NCBI GenBank assembly: GCA_963675745.2
Contig: CAXXWX010000006.1
Span: forward strand, 192,001 to 256,000
Reading direction: 5' to 3'
DNA length: 64,000 nucleotides
Origin: Phycisphaerae bacterium
GTDB taxonomy: Bacteria > Planctomycetota > Phycisphaerae > UBA1845 > Fen-1342
Both the position numbers and the translations under genes were made by a program. Shown one piece after another: positions 49,272 through 61,076 of this stretch. Under the pieces are notes generated by a model, which was not told where the DNA came from, made no database searches, and was given only the letters and a program-made list of their open reading frames with translations. How positions within the stretch are numbered: the first letter of the stretch is position 1; every line of letters starts with the position of its first letter.

Positions 49272-51818
49272 TCAATTGTGCTTGCGCCCTGCTGACAGGA
49301 TGATTGTTGAGGCGAGCTTGATTGCGGCGAGGAGGCAGGCCGTGGTCGTGATGCCGAAGACCGGTATCAGCAGGATTCCGCAGGTCAGCGCGCCCAGGCA
49401 GGCTCCGGCGTGGTCCGGGCCGACGATGCGCGCAGCTACGACGGCGGGATGCTGGTCCATGTTTCGCCGCAGGTGCCCCGCCAGCGCGAACGCGGCGCCG
49501 CCGAGCACGCCGGTTAGTAGCACCATGATTGAGATGCAGACCTCAACGAGCGCGAAACCGGGCGAGTCGGCATTGAATGCGCCGAGCGCCATCAGCAGTG
49601 GCGACGCCGTGAGGGCGAGGAGCGTTAGAAGCAGGTCGACCACGACTAGCGCATGCCATGATGAGGACCGGCGGGCAGGTGGTTCGGTGGTTGGTTCGGC
49701 GGGCTGGGGTGGGAGATTGTGGGTTTGCTCTACTTCCACGGCCGGCGAGGCGCCGGCCGCTACGTTTTGTGGCGCGGCGCCGCCTGCTGCATTCGGTGGC
49801 GACATGTCGGCTGGCACATTTCGTCGTCGGCCGGCCAGCGCGCAACCTATAACCAGGCCGGCCATGAACAGTGCGATTATCCAGCCGATGCGCTGATAGA
49901 CATAGCCGTACAGACTCTGAAAGGCGAAAAGCCAGACCATGCTGAGGGCCATGGTCACAAAGCCGGTGGTGCCCACGGAAAGCGTGACCGCTCCGGCCGC
50001 CCATCCGTCACCCGCTCCGCGTCGCAGGCGCGTCAGCAGTAGCGTTGCGCCGCCGAGAAGAGCCAGTGCAACGGCGACGTGCCACAGGTGGATTGAGCGC
50101 AGGGCCGCAATCGGGCCGGCTGCACTGCGTCCCGGACCGCTGCCCCCACGGGTGATCGATTCCCACAGCACCAGTCGTTGCAGGTAGATCGCCGGGTGCA
50201 GGTCGGTACTGATTTGCACAAGGTCGGCGCGATCAAGATCAGCTCGGCGGCCAGCAATCTTGGATTCATCGAGCCAATCGGTGCCGCCCTCAAACCACAG
50301 CGGGTCAAACAACTCCGCCGCGACATGACGCCGAGTGTAGCGCGCTGCCAGCTCCGCCGGATCGGTGCTGAGCAGTTCCCGATCGGTTGCGGCGAGAATC
50401 TGGGCCGGGTTGCCCCACCCGATCAGGATCTCGCGGAAATGTCGGGCCAGTGTAGCGCGCAGTCCGGCCAGGTAGTCCCGCGCCGCGGGTGAGAGCGCGC
50501 CCTCAGACGCCGTCGCATTTGTGCAAAACACGGCCCGGGCGGTCATGGCATTGCGCAACTCGGCGAAGAACTCGTCCGTGTAGAATCGCGCGCGCTGTGC
50601 CGACATCGGCTCGGGCAAGCGCGCGATGACGAGGTCGAATTGGGCGCGTTGCGTCTTGATGAAATGGCGCGCGTCGTCGTGGTGTACCGTGACGCGCGCA
50701 TCGACGAGCGCCTGCCGGTCGCGGTCGGAAACATAGGGTCGCACCAGCTCGATGAAACGCGGGTCCAGCTCAACGTAGTCCACGCGCTCAACCGGGTGCA
50801 GCAGAACCTCCGCCAACAGCCCCTCGACGCCTCCGCCGAGAATGAGCACGCGGCGTGGCAGGGGATGCTGACACATCCAGAAGTGCGCGCGGGGGGCGAA
50901 TGTAAATGGATCGGGGAAGTCAGCGGCCACTTGCCCGTCACAATAAAGCGTGTATTGCCCGGCCCGGTGCCCGATGGCCAGATTTTGATAGCGAGACTCG
51001 GCCTCGGCCACCAGCCTGTAGCCGGGGGCGAGCGTTTGCCAGCGGCGTTGCACCAGACGGTGGTCGAGCCGATCGCCGGCCAGCAGCGCCACGCCGGCGG
51101 CGCCGACCGCCAGGCCAATCAAGGCCCAACTCGGTGGCGATGCGTACCACGCGCGGCCCGGCGCGCGGCGTAATAGTACGGCGCACGACGCGGCCGTGAT
51201 CGCTCCGCAGAGCAGGGCAATCTGAATCGGGCGCAAAGACTCGACCGCCCAGAAGCTGAAGGCCGCGCCGCCAATCAGGCTGCCGACACATTCCAGGGCG
51301 TAAACACGCGCAAACGAGAGCAGCGGTGTGCGCGGGGCACCGGGCGCTGCGCTGATCCCCCCCGTGTTGCACGCCAGTGGAAACGCCATGCCGACCAGCA
51401 TGCTGGTCGGCGAAACCAGGAGCATGGCCGCGAGTGCCGTGGTCGGCAACGATAGCAACTCGCCGGCCTCAACGCCGAGCCACGCGCGGGCGCCCCGAAA
51501 GGCCCAGAGCTCGACACACGCGGCGGCACTCAGGGCCAGCAGTACGATCGCCAGGCAGGTTCCCGGCGCGCGCGTGCCGGCGCCTGTTCTGGCGATGCCC
51601 TCACCGATGTACGCACCGACCGCCACGCCCAGCAGCCAGGCGAACAGCACGATCCCCCAGGCGAGTTCGCTTCCGAACATCAGCACCAGGGCCTCGCGCA
51701 GCAATAGCGACTGGGTGACGATCGCCTGCGCCCCCCAGGCCACGACGACCACACTCAGTCCGAACCGGGAGGCGCGCTCGGATCGAAGGGCTGCTGGCGT
51801 TGGCAGGTGCGCGCACAT
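49272..51818 (-). CDS. Multi-TM membrane protein with spermidine-synthase-like SAM-binding domain
   Basis: AAGGAG RBS before ATG at 51818; Q.LLLRE...GSEL; ESRYQNL; RVLILGGG...VELDP...DDAR.FI...FDLVI; flanking TM blocks. Confidence 0.8.
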   Translation of the reverse strand: MCAHLPTPAALRSERASRFGLSVVVVAWGAQAIVTQSLLLREALVLMFGSELAWGIVLFAWLLGVAVGAYIGEGIARTGAGTRAPGTCLAIVLLALSAAACVELWAFRGARAWLGVEAGELLSLPTTALAAMLLVSPTSMLVGMAFPLACNTGGISAAPGAPRTPLLSFARVYALECVGSLIGGAAFSFWAVESLRPIQIALLCGAITAASCAVLLRRAPGRAWYASPPSWALIGLAVGAAGVALLAGDRLDHRLVQRRWQTLAPGYRLVAEAESRYQNLAIGHRAGQYTLYCDGQVAADFPDPFTFAPRAHFWMCQHPLPRRVLILGGGVEGLLAEVLLHPVERVDYVELDPRFIELVRPYVSDRDRQALVDARVTVHHDDARHFIKTQRAQFDLVIARLPEPMSAQRARFYTDEFFAELRNAMTARAVFCTNATASEGALSPAARDYLAGLRATLARHFREILIGWGNPAQILAATDRELLSTDPAELAARYTRRHVAAELFDPLWFEGGTDWLDESKIAGRRADLDRADLVQISTDLHPAIYLQRLVLWESITRGGSGPGRSAAGPIAALRSIHLWHVAVALALLGGATLLLTRLRRGAGDGWAAGAVTLSVGTTGFVTMALSMVWLFAFQSLYGYVYQRIGWIIALFMAGLVIGCALAGRRRNVPADMSPPNAAGGAAPQNVAAGASPAVEVEQTHNLPPQPAEPTTEPPARRSSSWHALVVVDLLLTLLALTASPLLMALGAFNADSPGFALVEVCISIMVLLTGVLGGAAFALAGHLRRNMDQHPAVVAARIVGPDHAGACLGALTCGILLIPVFGITTTACLLAAIKLASTIILSAGRKHN

Positions 51819-51931
51819 CCTGGTGCTCCTTCGTCCCGCGCGACAGATTGCGGGCTGCCGGCGTGGCGCGGTCGGGGCCACATTCTGCCGCGGGGCGTGT
51901 ATAGTATGACGAGCAACGGGAGTCGTGCGCC

Positions 51932-52582
51932 ATGCCACGTCTGTTTGCCAAGCAATACATGCGGCCGGTGACGGCGATCAGCCGTACTGAAAAGGCGGTA
52001 GGCGCCGGCATTCTGCTGCTGACGGCGACGATTGTGGCCGCGTTCTTCATCCACGTCGCGACCCGACGAGAAAGCCCGCTGAGCGCTGACCCGGAGATCT
52101 ACGGCACCGGGGCCGAAGTTGACCAGACACCGGGATCCCCGCCGGCAGCAACAGCCGAACCGTCCGGCGGTTTCCCGGAATCAGGTCTGACCGATTGGCA
52201 ACGACCGTCGCGGCTCGAGCGCTATGCACCCGATGAGCTGTACGTAAAGATCAACGGTCAGGCGGACGCGTATATCGAGAGTGGCTGTGTGGGATTGACG
52301 TTCGGAAGCTACAGCTCCCGGGCGAATGCCGAGGATGCCATCGACGTTTATTGGTACGACATGGGCACTGCGGCGAACGCGTCGGCGGTATACGAAGACG
52401 AGAAGCCGCCGAACGTCGCCGCGATCGAGCTGGGAGGCGCGGCGTACCAGGTTGGCAGCGCGGTGTTTTTCTGGCAAGGCTCGGGCTATGTGCAGGTAAT
52501 GCCGACCAGCTTTGACGATTCGCAGGCCGGCGCGGCCCTGGCGATTGCCCGCCGCCTGGCCGATTCTCTCCCCGGTGAATAG
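51932..52582 (+). CDS. Membrane-anchored periplasmic protein, DUF6599-like
   Basis: One N-terminal TM; Y.PDELYVKINGQADAYI...IDVYWYDMG...FWQGSGYV pattern. Confidence 0.6.
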   Translation: MPRLFAKQYMRPVTAISRTEKAVGAGILLLTATIVAAFFIHVATRRESPLSADPEIYGTGAEVDQTPGSPPAATAEPSGGFPESGLTDWQRPSRLERYAPDELYVKINGQADAYIESGCVGLTFGSYSSRANAEDAIDVYWYDMGTAANASAVYEDEKPPNVAAIELGGAAYQVGSAVFFWQGSGYVQVMPTSFDDSQAGAALAIARRLADSLPGE

Positions 52583-52624
52583 CAACGTATCACGTGGCGC
52601 GACTGAGCGCGCCAGGCACAGGTC

Positions 52625-53710
52625 ATGACGGATAGGCGACTGACACGCAGGGAATATCTCAAACGTGGCGCCGGCGCGGTTTTAACCGCGGGGGTGGCCG
52701 CGGCGGGCGGGTATTTGCTGTGGGATCCCACCGGCGATGCGGGGCGCGCCGGCGCGGCCCAATCCACACCGCTCTGGCAACCGACGAACTACTTCGCTGA
52801 TATTGAATTGCCGCCGTCAGCTCCGCGGATCAGCGTCGCAGTTGGTGATGGGCAGCAGATTGACCGGCTGGTTCGTGCGGCGCTTGAGGCATTGGATCCC
52901 GGGGCCGGGCTGGGTCGATTCATCAAAGCCGGCGACGTCGTGCTGCTGAAGCCGAACGTCGGCTTTGACCGGCCGTCGCAGTTGGGCGCCACAACGCATC
53001 CTGAGGTCGTGCGGTCGATGATTCGCTTGTGTCTGGAGGCCGGCGCGCGAGACGTACTGATCACGGATAACCCGATCGAGACGCCGCAGGCCTGTTTCTC
53101 GCGCAGCGGAATCGCGCGTGTCGCCGATGAGGAGGGGGCGCGCGTGGTGCTGCCGACGGCGCAGCGATTCGAGACGCTGGTGCTGCGCGATCGTCCGGTT
53201 GACCGAGCGCGTGGAGAGGCGCTGGAACGCTGGCCCATCCTGCACGCTCCCCTCTCAGCCGCGACGAAGGTCATCGGCATCGCGCCGATCAAAGACCACA
53301 ATCTGTGCAGCGCATCGATGAACCTGAAGAACTGGTATGGCCTGCTTGGCGGGCGCCGAAACCAGTTCCACCAGGTGATTCATGAGATCATCAGCGACCT
53401 GGGCCTGATGATCAGCCCGACGCTGGTCGTTGCCGACGCAACGCGCGTGATGATGCGCAACGGTCCGACGGGAGGACGGATCACCGACGTCCAACCGGGC
53501 GGGCAACTGGGCCGGCCGGCGATCATCGCGTCGGCTGACCCGGTGGCCTGCGACGCGTGGTGCTACGAAAACCTGTTGGGGCGTGATCCCGCCGGGTTGC
53601 GCTACCTCGATCTGGCCGGCGACAAAATCGCGGCGCACCGATCGCCGCCGGACAGCAACGGCTCGGCGAGCGTGATTGGCGCGTATACGATCGCGCCGGG
53701 CTCGTTGTAA
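52625..53710 (+). CDS. DUF362 domain protein with Tat signal (possible C-terminal frameshift)
   Basis: TRREYL leader; VLLKPNVGFDR...TTHPEVV, PIKDHN...SMNLKNWYG, RNGPTGG and DPVACD motifs. Confidence 0.82.
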   Translation: MTDRRLTRREYLKRGAGAVLTAGVAAAGGYLLWDPTGDAGRAGAAQSTPLWQPTNYFADIELPPSAPRISVAVGDGQQIDRLVRAALEALDPGAGLGRFIKAGDVVLLKPNVGFDRPSQLGATTHPEVVRSMIRLCLEAGARDVLITDNPIETPQACFSRSGIARVADEEGARVVLPTAQRFETLVLRDRPVDRARGEALERWPILHAPLSAATKVIGIAPIKDHNLCSASMNLKNWYGLLGGRRNQFHQVIHEIISDLGLMISPTLVVADATRVMMRNGPTGGRITDVQPGGQLGRPAIIASADPVACDAWCYENLLGRDPAGLRYLDLAGDKIAAHRSPPDSNGSASVIGAYTIAPGSL

Positions 53711-53807
53711 CGACACGTGTGTAGAGGCCGACTCCCGAGCCGGCCGTGGCACTCAGGTGAACCCTCGTCGGGCGTGGAGGCCCGACGCCCCAGCGGAAGA
53801 GGCACTG

Positions 53808-55421
53808 ATGGCCGAGCCGGTTGAACGAGTGCGCCCCACGCGGTTCCGTGACTCGTGGCTGAACTGGACGCGTATCACGGTCGTGCGCGTGATCGTGCAG
53901 ACGGTCATGTTCGCGCTGTTCAGCGCATTCGTGCTCCTGACGACATTTGCCAGCCTCGATCGCTGGCCGGCTCTGCACTGGTGGGTCAGCAAAGTGCTCG
54001 AGGTCGACCCGCTCATCGCGTTGGCGACCGCGCTCACAACGCACACCGTCTACAAGGGGTTGTTGTGGTCGTTGGTGATCCTGATCCCGACCCTCTTCCT
54101 CGGACGCTTCTTCTGCAACTGGATCTGCCCGTTCGGGGCACTGCACCAGTTCGTCCGCTGGGTGTTCTGGAACGGCAGTGCCCGCGAGATCATCGCAGGC
54201 AACAGCTACCGCCCCATACATGCGGTCAAGTATTACGTGCTGACCGGCCTGCTGCTGGCCGCGGCGGCCGGCAGCCTGCAGATCGGCCTGTTGGACCCGA
54301 TTTGCCTGCTGTATCGTTCGATCACCGGCGTGGCCCTGCCCACGCTGGGGATGGCCGCGCCGGCGCTGGCGGGTGAGACGCGCTTGTATCAGGGGGCGTG
54401 GTTAATCGGCTTGCTCCTGGTTGGCCTGCTGGCCGCCAATCTGGTCATGCCACGTTTCTTCTGCCGCGTGTTGTGCCCGCTGGGAGCGCTGTTGGGCGTG
54501 TTGAGCAGGTTTGCCTGGTGGCGTATCGAGCGCGACCCGTCCGTCTGTCACCAATGCGACCGTTGCCGGCTGCACTGCGAAGCCGCGTGCGACCCGCACG
54601 CCAAGCTGCGCAAGGCCGAGTGCTTCGTATGTCTGAATTGCATCGAGGATTGCCCCGAGGGCGCGCTGGCCCTGCGCTTCGCATTCATGCCACCGAAAGA
54701 GCACGAGGTGACCGGGCCGGATGTGTCGCGCCGCAAGCTGCTGCTCGCGGGCATGGCGGGGCTGCTGTTTTTCCCGTTCGCGCGGAGTTCGGGAAAAAGC
54801 ACGCGTAACTTCTCCAGCTCGGTCGTACGGCCGCCCGGGGCCGTCGAAGAAATCGAGTTTCTCGAACGCTGCATCAAGTGCGACCAGTGTGCGCGTATCT
54901 GTCCGACAAACGTCATTCAACCCGACTGGTTCGACAGCGGAATCGAAGGACTCTGGACACCAGTTCTTAACTTCCGCATGGGATTCTGCCAGTTGCACTG
55001 CACGGCGTGCGGGCAGGTGTGCCCGACCGGCGCGCTGCAGCAGATTCCCGTTGCGCAAAAACTCGGGCTCGGCGAATTCTCAGAGCAAGGCCCGATCCGG
55101 CTGGGCACGGCGCACGTGGATCCGTCCCGTTGCCTGCCGCACGCTAATAACATCCCATGCGTGGTCTGCGAGGAAGTCTGCCCCACGAGCCCCAAGGCCA
55201 TCTACGGCGAGCGCGTTACGCGCGTGGCCCGGGACGGCACAATGCTGGAGCTGACCGTCCCGCGCGTCGATGTCGATCGCTGTATCGGTTGCGGAATCTG
55301 TGAGCATGAATGTCCGGTAGTCGGCGACCGCCGCGCTATATACGTGACGGCGGAGGGTGAGACGCGTTCGCAATCTCAGCCGCAGCGCGATCGCAACCGC
55401 TCGGTGCGTGCCGTGCCCTGA
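53808..55421 (+). CDS. Membrane 4Fe-4S protein: NapH/MauN-like domain fused to NapG/MauM-like polyferredoxin
   Basis: GRFFCNWICPFG, RFFCRVLCPLG, several CxxCxxCxxxC motifs, internal SRRKLL, VRPPGAVEE. Confidence 0.87.
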   Translation: MAEPVERVRPTRFRDSWLNWTRITVVRVIVQTVMFALFSAFVLLTTFASLDRWPALHWWVSKVLEVDPLIALATALTTHTVYKGLLWSLVILIPTLFLGRFFCNWICPFGALHQFVRWVFWNGSAREIIAGNSYRPIHAVKYYVLTGLLLAAAAGSLQIGLLDPICLLYRSITGVALPTLGMAAPALAGETRLYQGAWLIGLLLVGLLAANLVMPRFFCRVLCPLGALLGVLSRFAWWRIERDPSVCHQCDRCRLHCEAACDPHAKLRKAECFVCLNCIEDCPEGALALRFAFMPPKEHEVTGPDVSRRKLLLAGMAGLLFFPFARSSGKSTRNFSSSVVRPPGAVEEIEFLERCIKCDQCARICPTNVIQPDWFDSGIEGLWTPVLNFRMGFCQLHCTACGQVCPTGALQQIPVAQKLGLGEFSEQGPIRLGTAHVDPSRCLPHANNIPCVVCEEVCPTSPKAIYGERVTRVARDGTMLELTVPRVDVDRCIGCGICEHECPVVGDRRAIYVTAEGETRSQSQPQRDRNRSVRAVP

Positions 55422-55494
55422 CATTGACGCCCCCTGATGTAGCGGCCGCCCGTTGTCCGCGACACACCGCCGGCCAATGCGGTAAGCTGTCCGC

Positions 55495-56283
55495 ATGGAG
55501 ACGATCTCAGCCAACTGGTACGACTACCCGCATCTCTACGACATCGCCTTCTCGTGGGACGCGTCGCTCGAGATTGACTTTCTGGTCTCGATGTTTGAGC
55601 AATATGCGCACGGGCCGGTTGAACGCGTCTTTGAGCCGTTCTGCGGCACCGGGCGTCTGGCGATCCCGCTGGCGCGGCGCGGTTATCGCGTTTGTGGTAT
55701 GGATATCAACTCCAGCGCGATCGCGTTCGCGGAGCAGCGTTGCGCGACAGAGCGCGCCGAGGTTGACCTGAGCGTTGGCGACGTTGCCGCCTGGACCACG
55801 CGGGAACCTGTCGATGCGGTGGTAACGCTAATCGACAGTTTCCGCCACCTGACCAGCGCCGAGCAGGCGCGGGCGGCGCTGCGCGCGTTTCATGTCGGCC
55901 TGCGGCCCGGTGGCGTATTGGTCATCGGGTTGCAGCTCGGCGATACGCCGATCGAGGCTGATGACAGCAACCACTGGGAAATGGAACGAGATGGTACCGT
56001 CGTAGAGACGATCGTGGCCGGCTTGCGCAAGGCGGGCCGGACACCCGGAACGACAGTGGTGCGCTCCGTGTTGCGAGTCACCGAGGCCGGCGGCCGTCAA
56101 TATGACATAATCACCGACGACGAAATGCGCGAGTACACGCTGGCTTCACTAAAGCAACTGGCGCACCAGTGCGGGCCGTTTGAGTTTCAGGCCGGCTACA
56201 GTTTCGAGGATCTCGGATCGAATCAGATCCTGGACTCGGATGACCCGCAAGGCAACACGGTCGCGGTGTTTGTGCGCCGTTGA
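55495..56283 (+). CDS. Class I SAM-dependent methyltransferase
   Basis: YDYPHLYD, VFEPFCGTGR, GMDIN and LRPGGVLV motifs. Confidence 0.88.
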   Translation: METISANWYDYPHLYDIAFSWDASLEIDFLVSMFEQYAHGPVERVFEPFCGTGRLAIPLARRGYRVCGMDINSSAIAFAEQRCATERAEVDLSVGDVAAWTTREPVDAVVTLIDSFRHLTSAEQARAALRAFHVGLRPGGVLVIGLQLGDTPIEADDSNHWEMERDGTVVETIVAGLRKAGRTPGTTVVRSVLRVTEAGGRQYDIITDDEMREYTLASLKQLAHQCGPFEFQAGYSFEDLGSNQILDSDDPQGNTVAVFVRR

Positions 56284-56299
56284 CGAGATACCGAGCATT

Positions 56300-57418
56300 A
56301 TGAGAATCCTGGCGCTCGAACCATACTACGGCGGCAGCCATCGCGCGTTTCTCGACGACTGGCGCGCGCACAGCGCCCACGACTGGACATTGCTCGGACT
56401 GCCTCCGCGGAAATGGAAGTGGCGCATGCGTCACGCGGCCGTTACGTTTGCCGACCAGGTGAGTGCGCTGGTGGCCGAGGGGGCGCGCTGGGATGCCGTC
56501 TTCTGCTCGGACATGCTGAATCTGGCCGAATGGCGCGGCCTGGCGCCCCAGGCCGTGGGCGCGTTGCCGTCGATTGTCTACTTCCACGAGAATCAACTGA
56601 CCTATCCGTTCCGCTTCATGGGTGAGCGCGACCTGCACTTCGGGTTCATCAACATGACCACCGCTCTCGCCGCTGAGCGGGTGTGGTTCAACTCGGCGTT
56701 TCATCGCGACGATTTTCTGGGGGCCTTGCAGCGCGGTCTGCGCAAGATGCCGGACTATCGTCTGGATGATGTTGTCGAGCGTATCCGCGCCAAGTCAGCG
56801 GTTGAGCCGCTCGGCGTTCGCGACATCACGCCGGCCGCCGGCCGTGTTGATGGACCCTTGCGCATTCTGTGGGCGGCGCGGTGGGAGCACGACAAAGACC
56901 CTGACACGTTCTTCGCGGCCATCGACGGTCTGGTTGAACGGGGCGTGGATTTTCGCCTGAACGTGATCGGTGAGCGCTATGCCGAGGTGCCCGACGCGTT
57001 CCCCGCCGCTCGCGCACGTTTCTCCCAGCATATCGACCGCTGGGGCTACCAGCCGGATCGGGCAACGTATGAAGCGGCGCTGCGCGAGGCCGATGTAGTG
57101 GTCTCGACGGCACAGCACGAGTTTTTCGGCGTCAGCGTGATCGAAGCGATCGCGGCGGGTGCGTTTCCGCTATTACCGCGGCGACTTGCCTATCCGGAAA
57201 TCCTCAGTGCCGACGTCAGCGCGGAACCAGACGCTTTCTTCTACGACGGAAGCGCCTTGGCTCTCACCGAGCGGCTGGCCGTTCTCGCCGGTGCGCTTGC
57301 CGCCGGCGACCTGTGGGGCGGCGACCCGTTGCGGGCCAGGCGGGCGGCCGAACGTTTCTTCTGGCGAAAGCGCGGCCCCGACCTCGACGCGGCGCTATGT
57401 CGCGCCACGGGCAACTGA
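56300..57418 (+). CDS. DUF3524/GTDC1 (QTMAN)-like GT-B glycosyltransferase
   Basis: [56 protein letters not shown] and LAYPE motifs. Confidence 0.85.
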   Translation: MRILALEPYYGGSHRAFLDDWRAHSAHDWTLLGLPPRKWKWRMRHAAVTFADQVSALVAEGARWDAVFCSDMLNLAEWRGLAPQAVGALPSIVYFHENQLTYPFRFMGERDLHFGFINMTTALAAERVWFNSAFHRDDFLGALQRGLRKMPDYRLDDVVERIRAKSAVEPLGVRDITPAAGRVDGPLRILWAARWEHDKDPDTFFAAIDGLVERGVDFRLNVIGERYAEVPDAFPAARARFSQHIDRWGYQPDRATYEAALREADVVVSTAQHEFFGVSVIEAIAAGAFPLLPRRLAYPEILSADVSAEPDAFFYDGSALALTERLAVLAGALAAGDLWGGDPLRARRAAERFFWRKRGPDLDAALCRATGN

Positions 57419-57509
57419 CAGCCGGTTTGCCAGCGCTTACACTGTCGCGCCAACACGAACGGCCGTATTTGATCCGCGCGGCGTGATTGCTGTCGGGCAG
57501 GAGCAATGT

Positions 57510-59636
<2,127 letters not shown>

Positions 59637-59670
59637 GGCCGTCAGGGCCGCCATGACCGCTGGCACGCGG

Positions 59671-60474
59671 CTACGGCAGGAATCTGGGAGCTGGTCGAGC
59701 ACCGGATGGCAACGGCGCGGCTTTGGCACGATCGACGTGGCGCACGCGCGGATTGAACGGAATGTCGAGCGGCGCGCGGCGGACAACCGGGGCGCTCTCC
59801 AACAACGCCCGTAGCTGACCACCCGTCTGCAAAGCCAGCAACCCGATCCATGCGATCGCGATGAAGGCGGCCGTCGCCGCGTAGTGCCAGCCGTGGCTCT
59901 TATGCTGGTCGGGCCGCCACAACGATGGTCCGGTATCCGCGCGGGCAACCGCGGCCGCGGTCCGATTTGCGCGGCCATTGTGGCACTCGGCTGTTGGCCA
60001 ATCATCGGGAAACAGGTTCGCGAGAGGAACGTCCGGCTCCGCGGGAACGAGGAGTCCCGCGCGTGTCGGCGGCAATAGCGAATGAGGGTGATCGGGGGCA
60101 TCGTGCGATGCCGGTTGGACGGGTACATCATCGTTGCCGATCGCCGGCCGGCGCAGCGCTGCTTGCGCGAGGATACGCTCGACAACGTCGCGCCCCCACT
60201 CCCGCTCCGTGGTCCAGACCGGAGTATCACAAGGTTGTCCGACCACCGGTGAGGCGGACATGCCGGCGCCGTTGGAGTTTGAATGCTGCAAACTGACGGT
60301 TTCGATGACGCCAAGTGGTGCGTAACGGCTCACGACCGCGGCCACCTGTGATTGCGCGTGCTCGTAAGCGTGAAACGTCGTGGTATCCCAGACAGCACCG
60401 CGCTGGCCGACGGTTACAACGAGACGGTATCGCTTACCATTCCGGCGACACAAATGCACAGAACGACCCCTCAA
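59671..60474 (-). CDS. Hypothetical protein with one TM segment
   Basis: Longest ORF filling the gap; TM AATAAFIAIAWIGLLAL; no family recognised. Confidence 0.35.
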   Translation of the reverse strand: MRGRSVHLCRRNGKRYRLVVTVGQRGAVWDTTTFHAYEHAQSQVAAVVSRYAPLGVIETVSLQHSNSNGAGMSASPVVGQPCDTPVWTTEREWGRDVVERILAQAALRRPAIGNDDVPVQPASHDAPDHPHSLLPPTRAGLLVPAEPDVPLANLFPDDWPTAECHNGRANRTAAAVARADTGPSLWRPDQHKSHGWHYAATAAFIAIAWIGLLALQTGGQLRALLESAPVVRRAPLDIPFNPRVRHVDRAKAAPLPSGARPAPRFLP

Positions 60475-60718
60475 TCGTCCAAATGGATCGGAAACATCCC
60501 CCGCGCCCTAGCCATTGCGGGAGCAGCCAGTCTATCGCCGAACAAACGACAATGAAAGTGGCCGACGTCACGCGGCAGCCAGGCCGATCCACCCCCCTTT
60601 TTAACGCGTTGGTGAGAAATTGTTTGCATTGTCGGCGCGCGGCGGTACGATGCGCGCGGCCCGTGAGAGGCGGTGACACGCACGAAACACATCTGGGCCG
60701 AGCATGGGAGCATAAGTC

Positions 60719-60919
60719 ATGTCACAGATCACCGAATTGGATGCCACCACCGCCGCACCCGAGTGCGACCGTGATGTGGACATGTCCATAGAACGCCTTG
60801 TGCCGCTGCTACGGCAACTGACGGTCGAGGAGATCGAAGCCGCGCGCGTGCGGCTCCAGGCGCTGCTCGACCGCCGTACCGATGATGTCGACTGCCGGTG
60901 CGGCTGCGGCAGCGTGTAG
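60719..60919 (+). CDS. Small hypothetical protein (66 aa)
   Basis: GGGAG upstream; amphipathic helix and terminal CRCGC. Confidence 0.4.
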   Translation: MSQITELDATTAAPECDRDVDMSIERLVPLLRQLTVEEIEAARVRLQALLDRRTDDVDCRCGCGSV

Positions 60920-61076
60920 GCGCCATCGGCGTCGCTGTACGGACTTTACCGTATCGCAGCGGGGGTTTTCATCTACTTGAATCAGCGCGCCTGAGCTACT
61001 AGTGTTCGGCACGGAATTCCGGGCCGACGACGGCGTCGAATTGCCCCAGATAAAGGCGGACCTCCCCGGGCGCTGC

